Below the pieces are notes generated by a model, which was not told the origin of the DNA, did not search any database, and worked only from the letters and a program-made list of their open reading frames with translations. A stretch of 64,000 nucleotides of DNA, from positions 15,957 to 79,956 of IMG/VR virus record IMGVR_UViG_3300006749_000012. The stretch is one strand, 5' to 3'. Shown here one piece after another: positions 40,901 through 48,076 of the stretch; positions within the stretch are counted from its first letter, which is position 1; every line of letters begins with the position of its first letter. Origin of the DNA: a virus. Both the position numbers and the translations under genes were made by a program.

Positions 40901-43900
40901 CTTTAGAAACAGCAAGGACTAGTGGCACTAACACTTTAGATAATCAAGGGTTTGGACGTGACCCACTTGTATGGTTCTCTACACCAACAGCAGCGTTCTC
41001 TCCTAGCGACATACATGGTGGTGCGTTTACTTTATTGACTGAAACTAAAGTCAAGTATGAAGGATATGGTATAGCGGCTAGTTCAGGTAGTAATGCAGGG
41101 ACAATAAACGCTTCAGGCGGACACACCTTGGTATTAGAAGCGGCTGCATCTTACACACTTAACAACCATTTCCCTGACCCACTAGAAGTAGGCGCTTATC
41201 AAATCATCATTCAACCTAATTTGTTTAAACAGCAGTTGAAAGGATTTCACGCAAACGGACCTGCCACTGATGTCCCTGACGGTAGTGTAGTAGAACTAAC
41301 TGGGCAACAAGTCAATACTGTGATTGCAATAGAGAAAAACGTCAATACAAGAGGGGCTTATGCTCTTATTTTAGCAGAGGCTACAATGGCAGATGTTAGG
41401 GGTTGTGAAGTAATATTGAACGAAGTTATACTGGACATAGAACCTGACGCAGGTAGTCAATTCACTAACCTTCCACCACTTGCTTTATACAATCCGCTAG
41501 GAGTTCAAGAAAGCACAAGTCCTTCGTTCACAAGGAGAAGTCTACCGTATAGACCGGGAATGTTCGTTAGTTCAACGCCGGGCAGAACTCTAACTATACC
41601 TTGGTGGGGTATACTTCACAAAGCCGGTGCTAGTGGCGCAGGTGCTAGTAAGTTCAGACACCTTGAATGGCATAAGCCCGACAATTACTACGAACTTTGT
41701 AGAGCAAACTTCGGATGTGTGGGGGCGCAGATTACTCTAGCAGGTTACCCTACATCTTTCCTCGACATTTACGAAACTCATAAGCGACTAAGAAGTATGA
41801 ATCCCAATTGTGTAGTTTTGTCTGACAACCAAAGTGGTAGCACTATAACAGTTGACAATAACGACTTATTCCCTGTCACTCCGTATTATGGAGAGGTGTT
41901 AGAATACACCAAAAATGGTGTAAGATATACCGCTACTTATTCAAATAGAACTGGAACTTTAGCACACGCTACCCTAGGGGCTTCTACTACTTTTTCAGGC
42001 GTATCAGGTAGTGCAGCGTTTTGGCTTGGTCTGAATGGTGACGCTGACGCAGGGGACAATACAATTCTTAGATTAAGCAGACCTTATGACAATGGTGTAT
42101 CTGATGACTTGTTCACTGACCTCAAGACTAGTATAATGACGAGAAACTTAGAAGACCTCGCTAACGGAACTAGAGACACTAACTCGCTTAATACAGCAGA
42201 TTCTTTCTTGTGTATGTGGCATCCTAACTTAGGTAGACCGTTTACTTGGTATAGCGATACGGCAGATGGGGGAAGCAGGGCCTTCTACACTAACGCTGGC
42301 ACAGCCGATACACCTGTTGACCAAAAGGGATACAACCACATACCTGAACACTTTGAAACTATACACTATCAAGATTACAACTATGTTGCGAGCAAAGGTC
42401 CATTTGGCTTAGCGATGAAATGGGTTGCACCACCACATGATGCTGATAACAACCCACTTACTGATTTATTTCACAATGGTAATATATACACTGCTGCACA
42501 GATGGATGCCCTTGTTGATGGATTTGGAACCCTCGACCATCAGGGAGGAACTATTAGTTCAAATAAATATAACTTCAACGGGTTTTGGCCGGGCGGCTCA
42601 CATGGTGGAGGCGCAGTCAGTAGATTAGAGTCATACGGACACTCTTTGATTGGTTGGGGTAGTGACACATTTGGAATGGATTGTGAGACTTACCAAGACT
42701 CAACTGGTGTTGCTACTCTAAGTCTACCTAACGACAGGAACAGGTGCTTTGGTTATCGCATGGCTGTTAGGCAATTGTATAATCGACCTCGATGGTCACC
42801 TTACATTCGTGGTTGGTTAGAAGTCGCTAACAGTAATGCTATGTTAGGTTATTACCATGGGCCACTTATACAACATGATTCTAAAACAAATGGATGGGAC
42901 TATGTAGGCTCAGATGGCACACAAAGTGACAAAACATTTGACGCTATGTATGTAGGTATTCTTGAGAGAATAACACAAGTGTCTAGTTTACTAGGCCAAG
43001 ACCAAATAGGCAGACAAGTAAGATACAGTGACGGAAGAAGAATGACTGGCTCATTTGGTTGCCCTGTAAGAACTTTAAGAAACGCTTCAACTACTACACG
43101 CCTTTATCCTAATGACGAGGTAGGTCAAGGTATAGAGGAATTAGCAAGAGCACACCGTCACTACATGGTAGATTGGTGGGGCAATACTCGTGGTGAAGAT
43201 GTCAGGCGTTTCCCCGTTAGAGGATTCGGTTTGCGCCCATGCTGGGACCCCGAAGATGCATACAAAGACACCAATGTGACTCACAGACCAGCAGCGCATG
43301 ATTTGTTTGGTGGAGACGGGACAGACAGATATAGTGGATATGACAATTCTGCGAACAATGCTGCAAGTAATATGGGAACCTCTGACTGGTTTAATCCAGC
43401 CAGTGCTCTGAGAGTAGGTGACCGAGGCGATGGTCGCGGAGTTAGATGGCCTACTGTATTCAATGAAAGTTTACTTATGGCAGTCAGTGAAAATCATGAT
43501 GCCACAGGACTAGTCCTATCTCATAGCACAGCAGAACCTATACTAGGACAGGGATTGGTTAGACCAAGTAACGATGTTCTACAAGGTGGGGAAATAGAAC
43601 GGGGTATAAGTGACAGAGTAGATTTGAACTCAGATGACGGTTTACTAAAACCTAGTGCACATGTAGGAGAAGCGACTGAAACAGTAAACGCTGACACAAG
43701 AGGAGCAGAGCCTGTATCGAGAAATGATGTTAGATTAGGGTTAGATGTAGATACAATGGCAGAATTGAACGATGGTGTCAGTCGTGAATATGTAGTTATG
43801 TCAACAGAAGCAGCAAGTCTGCATACAGACAGAGAAGTCGGTCAAAGAACTAACATCAGAGGAGCATACAATGTAGGTAGTCGCACTCTCAAAGATTTAG

Positions 43901-44619
43901 ACATGACTGCTCTGAATTGGAGCGCTCAACCAGTCACAGGTGTGGTCAAGCACTCTAACGCTCATGCAATGTGGTCATTAGGTGGAACTTATGTCATGGA
44001 GTGGAGTAAGCACGCTGGTAACTTGGATGTGAAAGGTTGGGGTAAGACCAGCGTTTCTTCTTCATCTAATCCCTACCAAGACGCTAATCATGACCCTATA
44101 TTTGAAAACATAAACTACACGGATAGCACTATACAATTCCTATACAGACCAACACACATTCTTGATTACAAACATAGTCAAATGTTTAGGGCATATACTA
44201 CTTTGAAAGGAAGCAGCCCCCAAGAAAACGCCAACTTTTACAGAGCAACAGCAGGCGGTAAATATGGACTATTTACAAGTGATGCGCCATCTGCACGCAC
44301 AGGAACTCCGAGTGCACCACCTTATGCTCCAGTATACACAATAGTGCCCGGTTCAAGTGTAACAGCCCCTGATAGCCAAGGGCCTAAAATACAAGGTGTA
44401 GATGTGACTGGCTATGACAAAACTGACATACGCTCTCCAGTAGCAAGAGTAGTTATGTCAGAGAACACACTTGAGCACTTTAGAGCAGATGCTAGTAGAA
44501 AATCAGTAGATGACGGAGAAGGTGATTATAGTGTCCAACCAAGGTATAGTCAGGCACTTCATCCGAAAGGTAGTAAGGGCGATGCATCTTATAATACAGG
44601 GGACCATAGCGGGGAGTGA
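28909..44619 (+). CDS. Giant (5236 aa) putative baseplate/adhesin protein with N-terminal LamG-like domain
   Basis: Uninterrupted 15.7-kb ORF in the tail block; LamG motifs (FTIESWF, MFVNG, IYLGG..FRGTLEAI, GLWRFEE); Gly/Ser/Thr-rich beta modules. Confidence 0.75.
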   Translation: MYDMTLTIDPGFGIRFNGISDSILVPVNTKLIHGVQTEERRGLPKAINSFTIESWFIPDCGGVIFEQENVMRLTVGSPSSPAPATFEVRLRNPASGRDAVYTLSTAKPITKVNGRIAYYEGIQFPVTDSLHGSYLATDVDRNDVTAFNDGARELLNVTVMFDRRTISMFVNGDLAVSQELEEEHELVTQQNSIYLGGRGGDFRGTLEAIHWSKGALTSGYQQYAPMKSDNTIGLWRFEEPVNPITLITTTPSISASTSATSSINIGSSAAQSLIDELSGQSGLTSINFTASPYSGGSYSVKVQSASSSATVSIPKVPYNILVNPLGYSQTTGKPTNKSPERLRLMSADSSAGTITVESIHLDFASNASNGRRGVLSNHDAGRFVIITGDCIIDTGNGNEFQPYGTGTQFSQRQGQVIIDESDFANNGIMFSQSMAIDSHEYNKFSASSANMGSQFLAGHSGRHTLNHVTSHPFMGVLPPTESHVVEKKLDIGSDVISASFPSQFSDIRSTVPMNSIVSSYDTSGNIKIKSVTNRAEITSVVENGMSDIDDTQRGILAVGGLNFNVEPFLIRSLSSNNELDSSKHAIPSTRNRIAILSVPDLATYNYAPFVQLHYNAVDLDGSQFGTGATSRLTANITGGNTVLTLQSVKSFGFDGELIPASLIDINGTPASSLSDNTAEINYSAKTLTFSAAADSAFNTLAVSGNIVKKSDTGAKILVTDTLPKVSTIVTGSTSILDLIRTALDASPLEIFSPGAVIEFDKPEMFGLSDGDLEGESSEGQVAESVLNRDLSPENYLPLTSADSPQTTPQAISLATSELVERGSVLNRILIRSHKTSIGNFEENAGITLQKSTNGIRPRSGVKLNNGSGYAASTTGAMTVDGIDATAVINVGSSIFKANGKNLGTVTAVTSTSVTVGAGTSDALVDDEEIFTQPQMVGKGTINQSSCVHEYFDIIEHNSNEKKVKLIIQPSDNNRFNLGRRLSASASFANRISIENLVSRGRIVSFANGDEGSTIMRAHGVIGDLASSSVYVKGSASPDSHIVKEIMPGAPVVTMTLGGPGQGAVNTKDTWTPSPLSRMAWNTRRDCQTRVEFTTSTTITVAPLNNQSTDLQSWGTYCFPKEGRVYLEIEGNQGEQRRFASAAYASKTGDVFTFTSSPPLGSGTLIAADGSEVDTFANWITSTGITAGSVLHVDDKFGEESMCNDGTTINDRLFQTLDTVQHDYQLGTQYASTRALVEIPLFNDFFFDNPDKGIFPGPNNSMKLHVDATQTAHSWSPNPVGRRPESISPQDPEVFSAFSFTIQNETHRTGTKVTQPYDSSNNRIYVEDIGIFPKASAPPITVASLGGSARYRRAFLGNGEWVVYDGLHTDGYLDLAGSSSSGYIASANFFRDLKVGAHLFPAPGYQDMSYSGIADNPSLISAGYENRRSFYFDRSNVMTQGGNTDYGLKQYVSAIELRAGPTINPHLPKIISKRPRAKVISVTGSPATSLTLDDASLFPISSPDSDYKFRVAFRNASGIVNRGFYDNRVNSVLTIVSPDSGFTPSVGDEIYVEDLHATASATYPKVKETFLNRAWSHPYCNGGLRQGDTIWMNMHYTNPHAIEGLFCKSRGTLNEAEVVDVFNGGEGSFDVSPRNSIPMENFLIGNTCIETAQNLMQHINKTVSLNYDAIGLTETPPTIAYLDPYQCTENFARVLLYDVEHDREFIAFQDIHMQVQSSPAAASIGKEDTGKTGFVNNSVTGSGSLLDVAAGFPTENKRLNITEKSDFIEASYAHKSTWNSNVPNVNLEHVVGGVDNTATNGYTDRTNNAVTLSGSALTKHQEIDSSSREQSTFFDTPDGTRVIPAFLAMKGIRNSKLTLDDTRLNNLDQWTDMDFVRRLTIDMGEVRLKDGVTNIESAAREVVRMINQAGAKNGKTHAKKPADQYLGRSDNFDPSSPHKNSDFAATASTHDPSPFWDVKKAFSSHDRGTHMGYVRAHLGRVVKDEEGVEEGFSIVIHSTVPGAAGRNFCTWLDNSKSQTTYKPEYLIGHGGRFRNYWCQPDEITGENMHPAPMPINRFGRPFAPITTLKEYLPPESPDDALLNNVNLGADIVNSFGVISTSNTEMVSGRDSNTVLNESFETKSPASVLVDGLRVGTKAKARINFGGMTQAGIPGWAPDVSKWGFDNDGTTNVARYGNASNAATAMTNTTEQVSGNGYIPADDMKAENIGQSPIYGLRFTDHRGDNHTIRLLYRRFGENFASDNTYLPSTLDEEIIIHFDDRDVGQGGFTIGRHMVGVGEVCGEKTGGNPIEFKGNLWNNYPSPIVGAKVTTSYSSGTMTVTFHEPYGSGGSGTVPSTLQTHPDILGYLGFPETGMFQLSKHGTGGSNHQGLPFYYTSRTHENHSGTHKFFGVIGGAGSHANGDWLLSPRINFTCLLTDEVIAAAVEHAINLPSNDSDVTFDCTDMFAPDGRTLKEWNVSSEAIRIVTRADKKTPMSKFFEAKVTKDWGLQNGAATDAAVSGHHTGGLSDSEKDAGTRLDVGYIPKTVLHVDTKFRGTNANTATPVLVDSQNNIVDITTWQRNLRGENFTDVAGDHIIPRVDSPCVEVDSFSDPDISVASNESWALLGKPASVANGWGEPFVVWYSDTSWARVRSKVGTTSEITVSIEHKSANPVAFANPVQHDILWKRNASAYKFLDVDGVRRAGSKNSSPFLYFRGGRDSPDHWVPLYFGGGFSGAVVDINDGTQNDYSEFYTHPYSSGPTGSAGFQNIGEVAGSYALLDANAMLAMFPGTPYLDQHRGQNNPPYFNQDAILPFDMAKGSNSKVTGLDYTDGQNTVSVNIPSPIVIRFAHPNARYSHTGDSDDQTTYMIFGPGQAFPHNTASFEPQGKDIITAGNGYSAVPIYIDGDPGLDTFLPNQLANGDTAEHSGLNRISEVSAHLPMTTFFQQNKRSGYNYVMNWEPAKGLPSTTTSVAGKVYSQAYNHAFYYEGTPGTTANLPKHYHPFSEIFSDISNQIIGTGAFPKTRKSAVIWHMDGGYHPGGHFLDDHVNKNPKQTVANARVINGSGAKKNTTVFRPCGLLSKAYKTKYGGDGSTQDVDENIVIVDATRCQNAEELGAVISGAINTFPGKNPLKAIGGTFMPSMQNAHKQDRYGWVQLDIDSYQAENSGNPATLTAINSATTLPEYGWLRVSNGIESGYAPYIATSISHPNTAFVLGKNATTSNTNIVNPETRLAIAPDASFKAFIWTKAGTHRFNNTTTSHRDHICQVHYSGFVDAVDRTKPVGAVGWAGEAYSYFNSYETDAIGARIHPAGLGAWHPFLGFNPYGAAETCLSASSPVGSVETPLAAFYADYCVNGLSSRHLIAITHESELPLIAKADRDGITCAGDWLKVAETGTITHAGTIAWDTSKVHNKSRYVGPATAGPHVEAQMHSGYSRPSAASDYPNSGSAPTDGQLHRAIQSGDMVRSNACRFATGDLFWDESVVKQSAFHEDAGTYGVECVGVSNHDHYLDVTATPHTGLFGYYGGRHPSRNFLPEHVVWKRMDGGGLTMPAVNARGLGMVPWVKRKDGGSYKLVGEKVLGNVRFSFETTNAAMFPVIQAQELSHPQLAEQHPMRVTNALLIPNEHMQFESVQVIDDTGQEHRLEGGSPLGTVILDFRHISDREIEGLAPALAGAGVSPNLKIRLPNPDEIPGNIVVRSGFDRIQSYQNETVGSGGLQHPAQQVSNIREMFNNDYSGPRLWPTWENNGWEHLSQDGSDISTTKSNSRLKFPASTNEGWSDYTDNAPLNSAYEPHDRSLYFHVTRMGVSMTHRYDVDELSFSGYDETNSEIDVTSTPESGTWTDTSEQSGGRYFLRVYDPTTDKGVLASYTGVGTNKFTSVVVSPDFVSFVTGKTGLKVVPSYYMPAGSTRMFAARRLRDHSEYSGASPDMKKIDWFSMFDNLPTSTGAMVNPSQAHIALSKPKMTPMPIPRMGHHYITPTMALMPGHYAHPAYQRIYDLNTACKSSNHEPMSNSLVGTLETARTSGTNTLDNQGFGRDPLVWFSTPTAAFSPSDIHGGAFTLLTETKVKYEGYGIAASSGSNAGTINASGGHTLVLEAAASYTLNNHFPDPLEVGAYQIIIQPNLFKQQLKGFHANGPATDVPDGSVVELTGQQVNTVIAIEKNVNTRGAYALILAEATMADVRGCEVILNEVILDIEPDAGSQFTNLPPLALYNPLGVQESTSPSFTRRSLPYRPGMFVSSTPGRTLTIPWWGILHKAGASGAGASKFRHLEWHKPDNYYELCRANFGCVGAQITLAGYPTSFLDIYETHKRLRSMNPNCVVLSDNQSGSTITVDNNDLFPVTPYYGEVLEYTKNGVRYTATYSNRTGTLAHATLGASTTFSGVSGSAAFWLGLNGDADAGDNTILRLSRPYDNGVSDDLFTDLKTSIMTRNLEDLANGTRDTNSLNTADSFLCMWHPNLGRPFTWYSDTADGGSRAFYTNAGTADTPVDQKGYNHIPEHFETIHYQDYNYVASKGPFGLAMKWVAPPHDADNNPLTDLFHNGNIYTAAQMDALVDGFGTLDHQGGTISSNKYNFNGFWPGGSHGGGAVSRLESYGHSLIGWGSDTFGMDCETYQDSTGVATLSLPNDRNRCFGYRMAVRQLYNRPRWSPYIRGWLEVANSNAMLGYYHGPLIQHDSKTNGWDYVGSDGTQSDKTFDAMYVGILERITQVSSLLGQDQIGRQVRYSDGRRMTGSFGCPVRTLRNASTTTRLYPNDEVGQGIEELARAHRHYMVDWWGNTRGEDVRRFPVRGFGLRPCWDPEDAYKDTNVTHRPAAHDLFGGDGTDRYSGYDNSANNAASNMGTSDWFNPASALRVGDRGDGRGVRWPTVFNESLLMAVSENHDATGLVLSHSTAEPILGQGLVRPSNDVLQGGEIERGISDRVDLNSDDGLLKPSAHVGEATETVNADTRGAEPVSRNDVRLGLDVDTMAELNDGVSREYVVMSTEAASLHTDREVGQRTNIRGAYNVGSRTLKDLDMTALNWSAQPVTGVVKHSNAHAMWSLGGTYVMEWSKHAGNLDVKGWGKTSVSSSSNPYQDANHDPIFENINYTDSTIQFLYRPTHILDYKHSQMFRAYTTLKGSSPQENANFYRATAGGKYGLFTSDAPSARTGTPSAPPYAPVYTIVPGSSVTAPDSQGPKIQGVDVTGYDKTDIRSPVARVVMSENTLEHFRADASRKSVDDGEGDYSVQPRYSQALHPKGSKGDASYNTGDHSGE

Positions 44620-46277
44620 ACATGGCAGTAGGTAAGAATCTCGCAACTGGTCGCTTTGATGCCGACCAAAACGCTGTAATGAAAGTAGTGCGTAAGCCAC
44701 GATTTGTAGACAACGCTGTGAGACATGGAGAATACACCAAAGTAAAAGCAGGTTTTGCAGTCAACAAACCAACTGGAAGCGACTTCATACCTACCACTGA
44801 AAAAAGATACAAACTGATTGAAGAGGAAGATACTATTCGTTTACTTCACAATCCTACAACTAGCGTAACTTATGAAGGAGCGTTATTTTTTGACAATGAT
44901 AAAGTAACAACTGCGAGCACTATACCGGCTTTGGTAGTAGGTGCGAACAATCATAATCAGTTGCTTGCTTTGTCAGAAATAAAAGACGCTACCAAAGGGA
45001 CTAGATACGGGTTAGAGAACATGAAAGGGCGAACTTTACAGGACATAGGGTTCACCGATAAAGTCATCCATTTCGCTCAGAAAGTAGGAGTAGGCTTGCG
45101 AACTTCTGATTTGGCTGCTAGAGTTGCTAAGGCTAATACTAGTTCTATCAACGGTGTTAGAGCAAATTTACCTAGTTCTACATTTATCGCTCAAGATTTC
45201 TATGGTGTAGAGGCGTTCACTGCTCTAAGGTATTTAGCCAAACATGATGGTTACAGTCCTAAAGGAGATAGGTTTGGCAATCTCTGCTACCTACCTCAGA
45301 ATCACATAGAACGAGAATATTTACTTACAGAAAGTAGAGTGCTAGGTGGCACTACTGATGACAGTAGTGAAACAACTCCAAATAGAGTCGTAGTAAGAGG
45401 GAAACCGAGGGCTAACAATCATAACAATGTTATACAAGTTGATGACTTTGGTCGTCAAGAAACAGGCATAGTAGAAGTGCCCGGAGGTATACACGCTCCA
45501 ACCGCAGTAACTAAAGCGAGTGCTAAATTGATAGGGCAAAGAATGTTGAAGATTGCCAAAAACGCATCAGGTTCACGTAAGTTATCTGACGTTTTAGCAG
45601 TCACTCACGTCCATCCGGGTGATATGGTATCTTACAAATCAAGAACCGATAACGAAAGATATGTTGTCTTAGGAACAGCATTAGACTTAAACTCAAGAAT
45701 GAGCGAGTTACATGTCAATTCAGTCGATGTAACTTTAGAAGATGTGTTACAGAGGTTTCAAGAAATAGATGTGAGTGGTAATCTTAACGATAATCAAGAG
45801 AGAAACAGACAGTTTGCTACTGAAGAATTTTCTACATCTTTTGGTTTTAAAGTCAAAGTGTCATATCAAATATCTGAGAGAGTTGATATGAACAGAGGTG
45901 TTGGTTACACTCTAGGCATGACAAGGCGTAATTCAATCAACGGTAGCCTCATGTTAGAAAGCACTGGTGTGTTTATCAATAATGGCGGCGGTCATGCCAT
46001 AGGCACTACCAGTTTCACCACTGATGGGAGTAATGCTAACTCTGTATTCACTGTTGATAATCAACCAGTATTCACCACTAACGGTAACAAATTAGGTCAT
46101 ATCAACGCAAGTTCTGTTGGACTTAATACGGTAGTTTTGAAATCTGCTAGCGTGCACCCTATCTTAGACAACGAAGAACTGTTTATTTTATCTACGCAAA
46201 CATTCCCCGAAACACGTAATCAGTCTCTGAAGATTGGTATGGTGCACAGTAGTTATTTGAAAACAAGGAGAGGATGA
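44616..46277 (+). CDS. Putative baseplate hub/Tal-like protein
   Basis: ALRYLAK..GY....DRFGNLCY, PNRVVVRG, HVHPGDMVSY pattern typical of hub proteins; position after the giant gene. Confidence 0.55.
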   Translation: MNMAVGKNLATGRFDADQNAVMKVVRKPRFVDNAVRHGEYTKVKAGFAVNKPTGSDFIPTTEKRYKLIEEEDTIRLLHNPTTSVTYEGALFFDNDKVTTASTIPALVVGANNHNQLLALSEIKDATKGTRYGLENMKGRTLQDIGFTDKVIHFAQKVGVGLRTSDLAARVAKANTSSINGVRANLPSSTFIAQDFYGVEAFTALRYLAKHDGYSPKGDRFGNLCYLPQNHIEREYLLTESRVLGGTTDDSSETTPNRVVVRGKPRANNHNNVIQVDDFGRQETGIVEVPGGIHAPTAVTKASAKLIGQRMLKIAKNASGSRKLSDVLAVTHVHPGDMVSYKSRTDNERYVVLGTALDLNSRMSELHVNSVDVTLEDVLQRFQEIDVSGNLNDNQERNRQFATEEFSTSFGFKVKVSYQISERVDMNRGVGYTLGMTRRNSINGSLMLESTGVFINNGGGHAIGTTSFTTDGSNANSVFTVDNQPVFTTNGNKLGHINASSVGLNTVVLKSASVHPILDNEELFILSTQTFPETRNQSLKIGMVHSSYLKTRRG

Positions 46278-46278
46278 T

Positions 46279-46635
46279 TTGCCGTTATTAAATGAAGGAA
46301 CTAGGTATTTGATTGATACATTAAAAAGTAGAATAAACGAAGTGGTTTTTGGGTTCGATGGGACCATTGCTACTCAAGAAGATGGAGGTATAGGTAATCC
46401 TGCTACGGTAGTTACTCCCAACATAAGGGTGGTAGATGATAACACATTGATAGTAGAAGCGAAACTAGCATTAGATACTTCCTTTACCCGACCTTTGAGG
46501 GAAGTGGTTATACGTTACAAAAATCCGTCAGATTCGACAGATACGACTGATTTTATGCGCTATACTTACAATTCGATTCAGAAAAACAACAACAATGAAA
46601 TAGTATTTTCAGCAGTTATAGAGGTGACAGCATGA
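46279..46635 (+). CDS. Putative baseplate/fibre-attachment protein
   Basis: 118 aa; LLNEG...VVFGFDG...LREVVI...RYTYNSIQK resembles tail-fibre N-terminal attachment domains. Confidence 0.5.
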   Translation: MPLLNEGTRYLIDTLKSRINEVVFGFDGTIATQEDGGIGNPATVVTPNIRVVDDNTLIVEAKLALDTSFTRPLREVVIRYKNPSDSTDTTDFMRYTYNSIQKNNNNEIVFSAVIEVTA

Positions 46636-47825
46636 CTAATCCGAAAGCAGGCCATACAAGTGCAAGTGGTATGACAGTCGATTCTCAAGGTCTAAGAGAT
46701 GGAGACGGTTTGACTAGCCCTAGTTTGACTAATTTATACGAGGCAATACATGGTAATGGTATACTGAGGTTAGGTGACGGAGCAAAAGGTGATGGTAATA
46801 GAAATAGCATAATTGCTAATACTCCGGGTTTCATAGAAATGACTGCTACTCAAGGTGAAGTAAGGGTCTATGGTGGATACTGTGTATTAGATGGGGTGAT
46901 GTATAAATTCGCTGACGGGCCGGGCAACCACGAGACATTTATCATAGGCACGACTGGTTCAGGGGCTAACCATAGTGGTGACTTACCCAGTGTTCCTTCT
47001 AGTAACAGTGATGTATTTGTTACTATATTTTTAGTGGGTAGGGAAACACCCGAAGCGCACCTTATGTATGAAATGGGAACTCCTGCCGCACCATCAACTG
47101 GCACTCCGTTGATACCTAATCGTTTCTTATCAAATCCCAGCATAACCGGCAATACTGATGCTAATCACCAAACTACGGTATTAGCAGTTCTTAGGTATCA
47201 GATGACAGGTGGTGCAGGTAGTGTAACTTCTTCTTTGAATACCAGCCCTGTTATACACGACAGGAGAGCGTTCATTCGCACATCACCTCTTTACCTTACA
47301 CCTATGACAAAAGGGGCGATAGGTAACGTAGACGCTAGTAACATAGTAGACGACCCTGACGGCTTTTTTACTTCACCTGAAGATGGAGACTTTAGCGGTA
47401 GCACTTTTGGCTCTATATGGCAAACTCATGCCTTAGACCAAAGCGGTAACAAGCATGGTGTAATAATGGCAGGCATACCTAGAAATTTAAACTCCAGCCC
47501 GGCGGCTAGCACTCATGTTCTTGGTCCTGACAGACTAGCAGTGGTTACTACCACTGGCAATGTGACGTTCAAATTCCACGACTCTAATGTTTGGATTGTT
47601 ACTACCGATAATAATAGAACTATAAATCCAACAGGGACGTTTGCAGCCGGTCATATAGTAGAGATTTATCACAAGGCTGGTAGTCACACTTTGCATTTCG
47701 ACTCTACCAGTGGCGGTCACAGCACTAGTAGTAAAATCAACGTGGATATAGCCGTTAGTCAATATGGTAAATTTATTTACGACGGTGCCAACTGGCACAA
47801 ACTCGACTTACATACGGTGGATTGA
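46632..47825 (+). CDS. Putative tail fibre/receptor-binding protein
   Basis: Last large structural ORF; VYGGYCVLDG...IHDRR baseplate-binding-like N-terminus; FIYDGANW C-terminus. Confidence 0.55.
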   Translation: MTNPKAGHTSASGMTVDSQGLRDGDGLTSPSLTNLYEAIHGNGILRLGDGAKGDGNRNSIIANTPGFIEMTATQGEVRVYGGYCVLDGVMYKFADGPGNHETFIIGTTGSGANHSGDLPSVPSSNSDVFVTIFLVGRETPEAHLMYEMGTPAAPSTGTPLIPNRFLSNPSITGNTDANHQTTVLAVLRYQMTGGAGSVTSSLNTSPVIHDRRAFIRTSPLYLTPMTKGAIGNVDASNIVDDPDGFFTSPEDGDFSGSTFGSIWQTHALDQSGNKHGVIMAGIPRNLNSSPAASTHVLGPDRLAVVTTTGNVTFKFHDSNVWIVTTDNNRTINPTGTFAAGHIVEIYHKAGSHTLHFDSTSGGHSTSSKINVDIAVSQYGKFIYDGANWHKLDLHTVD

Positions 47826-48076
47826 TGGGTAGATTAATTGATATGCTCAAACAAAAATGCGAAAACTGCAATCGTATTTCTCTACCTCTTTCTATATCAG
47901 GTAAATACATCAGCGGTGAAGTAGCCGTATTGCACGAATGTTCATTTTGCGGATACATTAGATTTCACGGACAACTGGGTTTCAAAGGTAAGCGAAAACG
48001 CAAAGCCGAACCTATCTCAAAGAAGGCTGGTGGTAGACTTTCACGTTATCTGAGAAAGCGGGCTGAAAGGTATTAA
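47822..48076 (+). CDS. Basic zinc-ribbon protein
   Basis: CENC...CSFC plus Lys/Arg-rich tail. Confidence 0.65.
   Translation: MMGRLIDMLKQKCENCNRISLPLSISGKYISGEVAVLHECSFCGYIRFHGQLGFKGKRKRKAEPISKKAGGRLSRYLRKRAERY

Noticed and set aside
28909-44619. Giant ORF as the tape measure protein
   Set aside because: Beta-rich, Pro/Gly-rich, begins with LamG and lies downstream of the distal-tail genes; TMPs are helical.
24378-47825. Diversity-generating retroelement or invertible fibre cassette
   Set aside because: No reverse transcriptase, invertase or template/variable repeat pair seen in this window.
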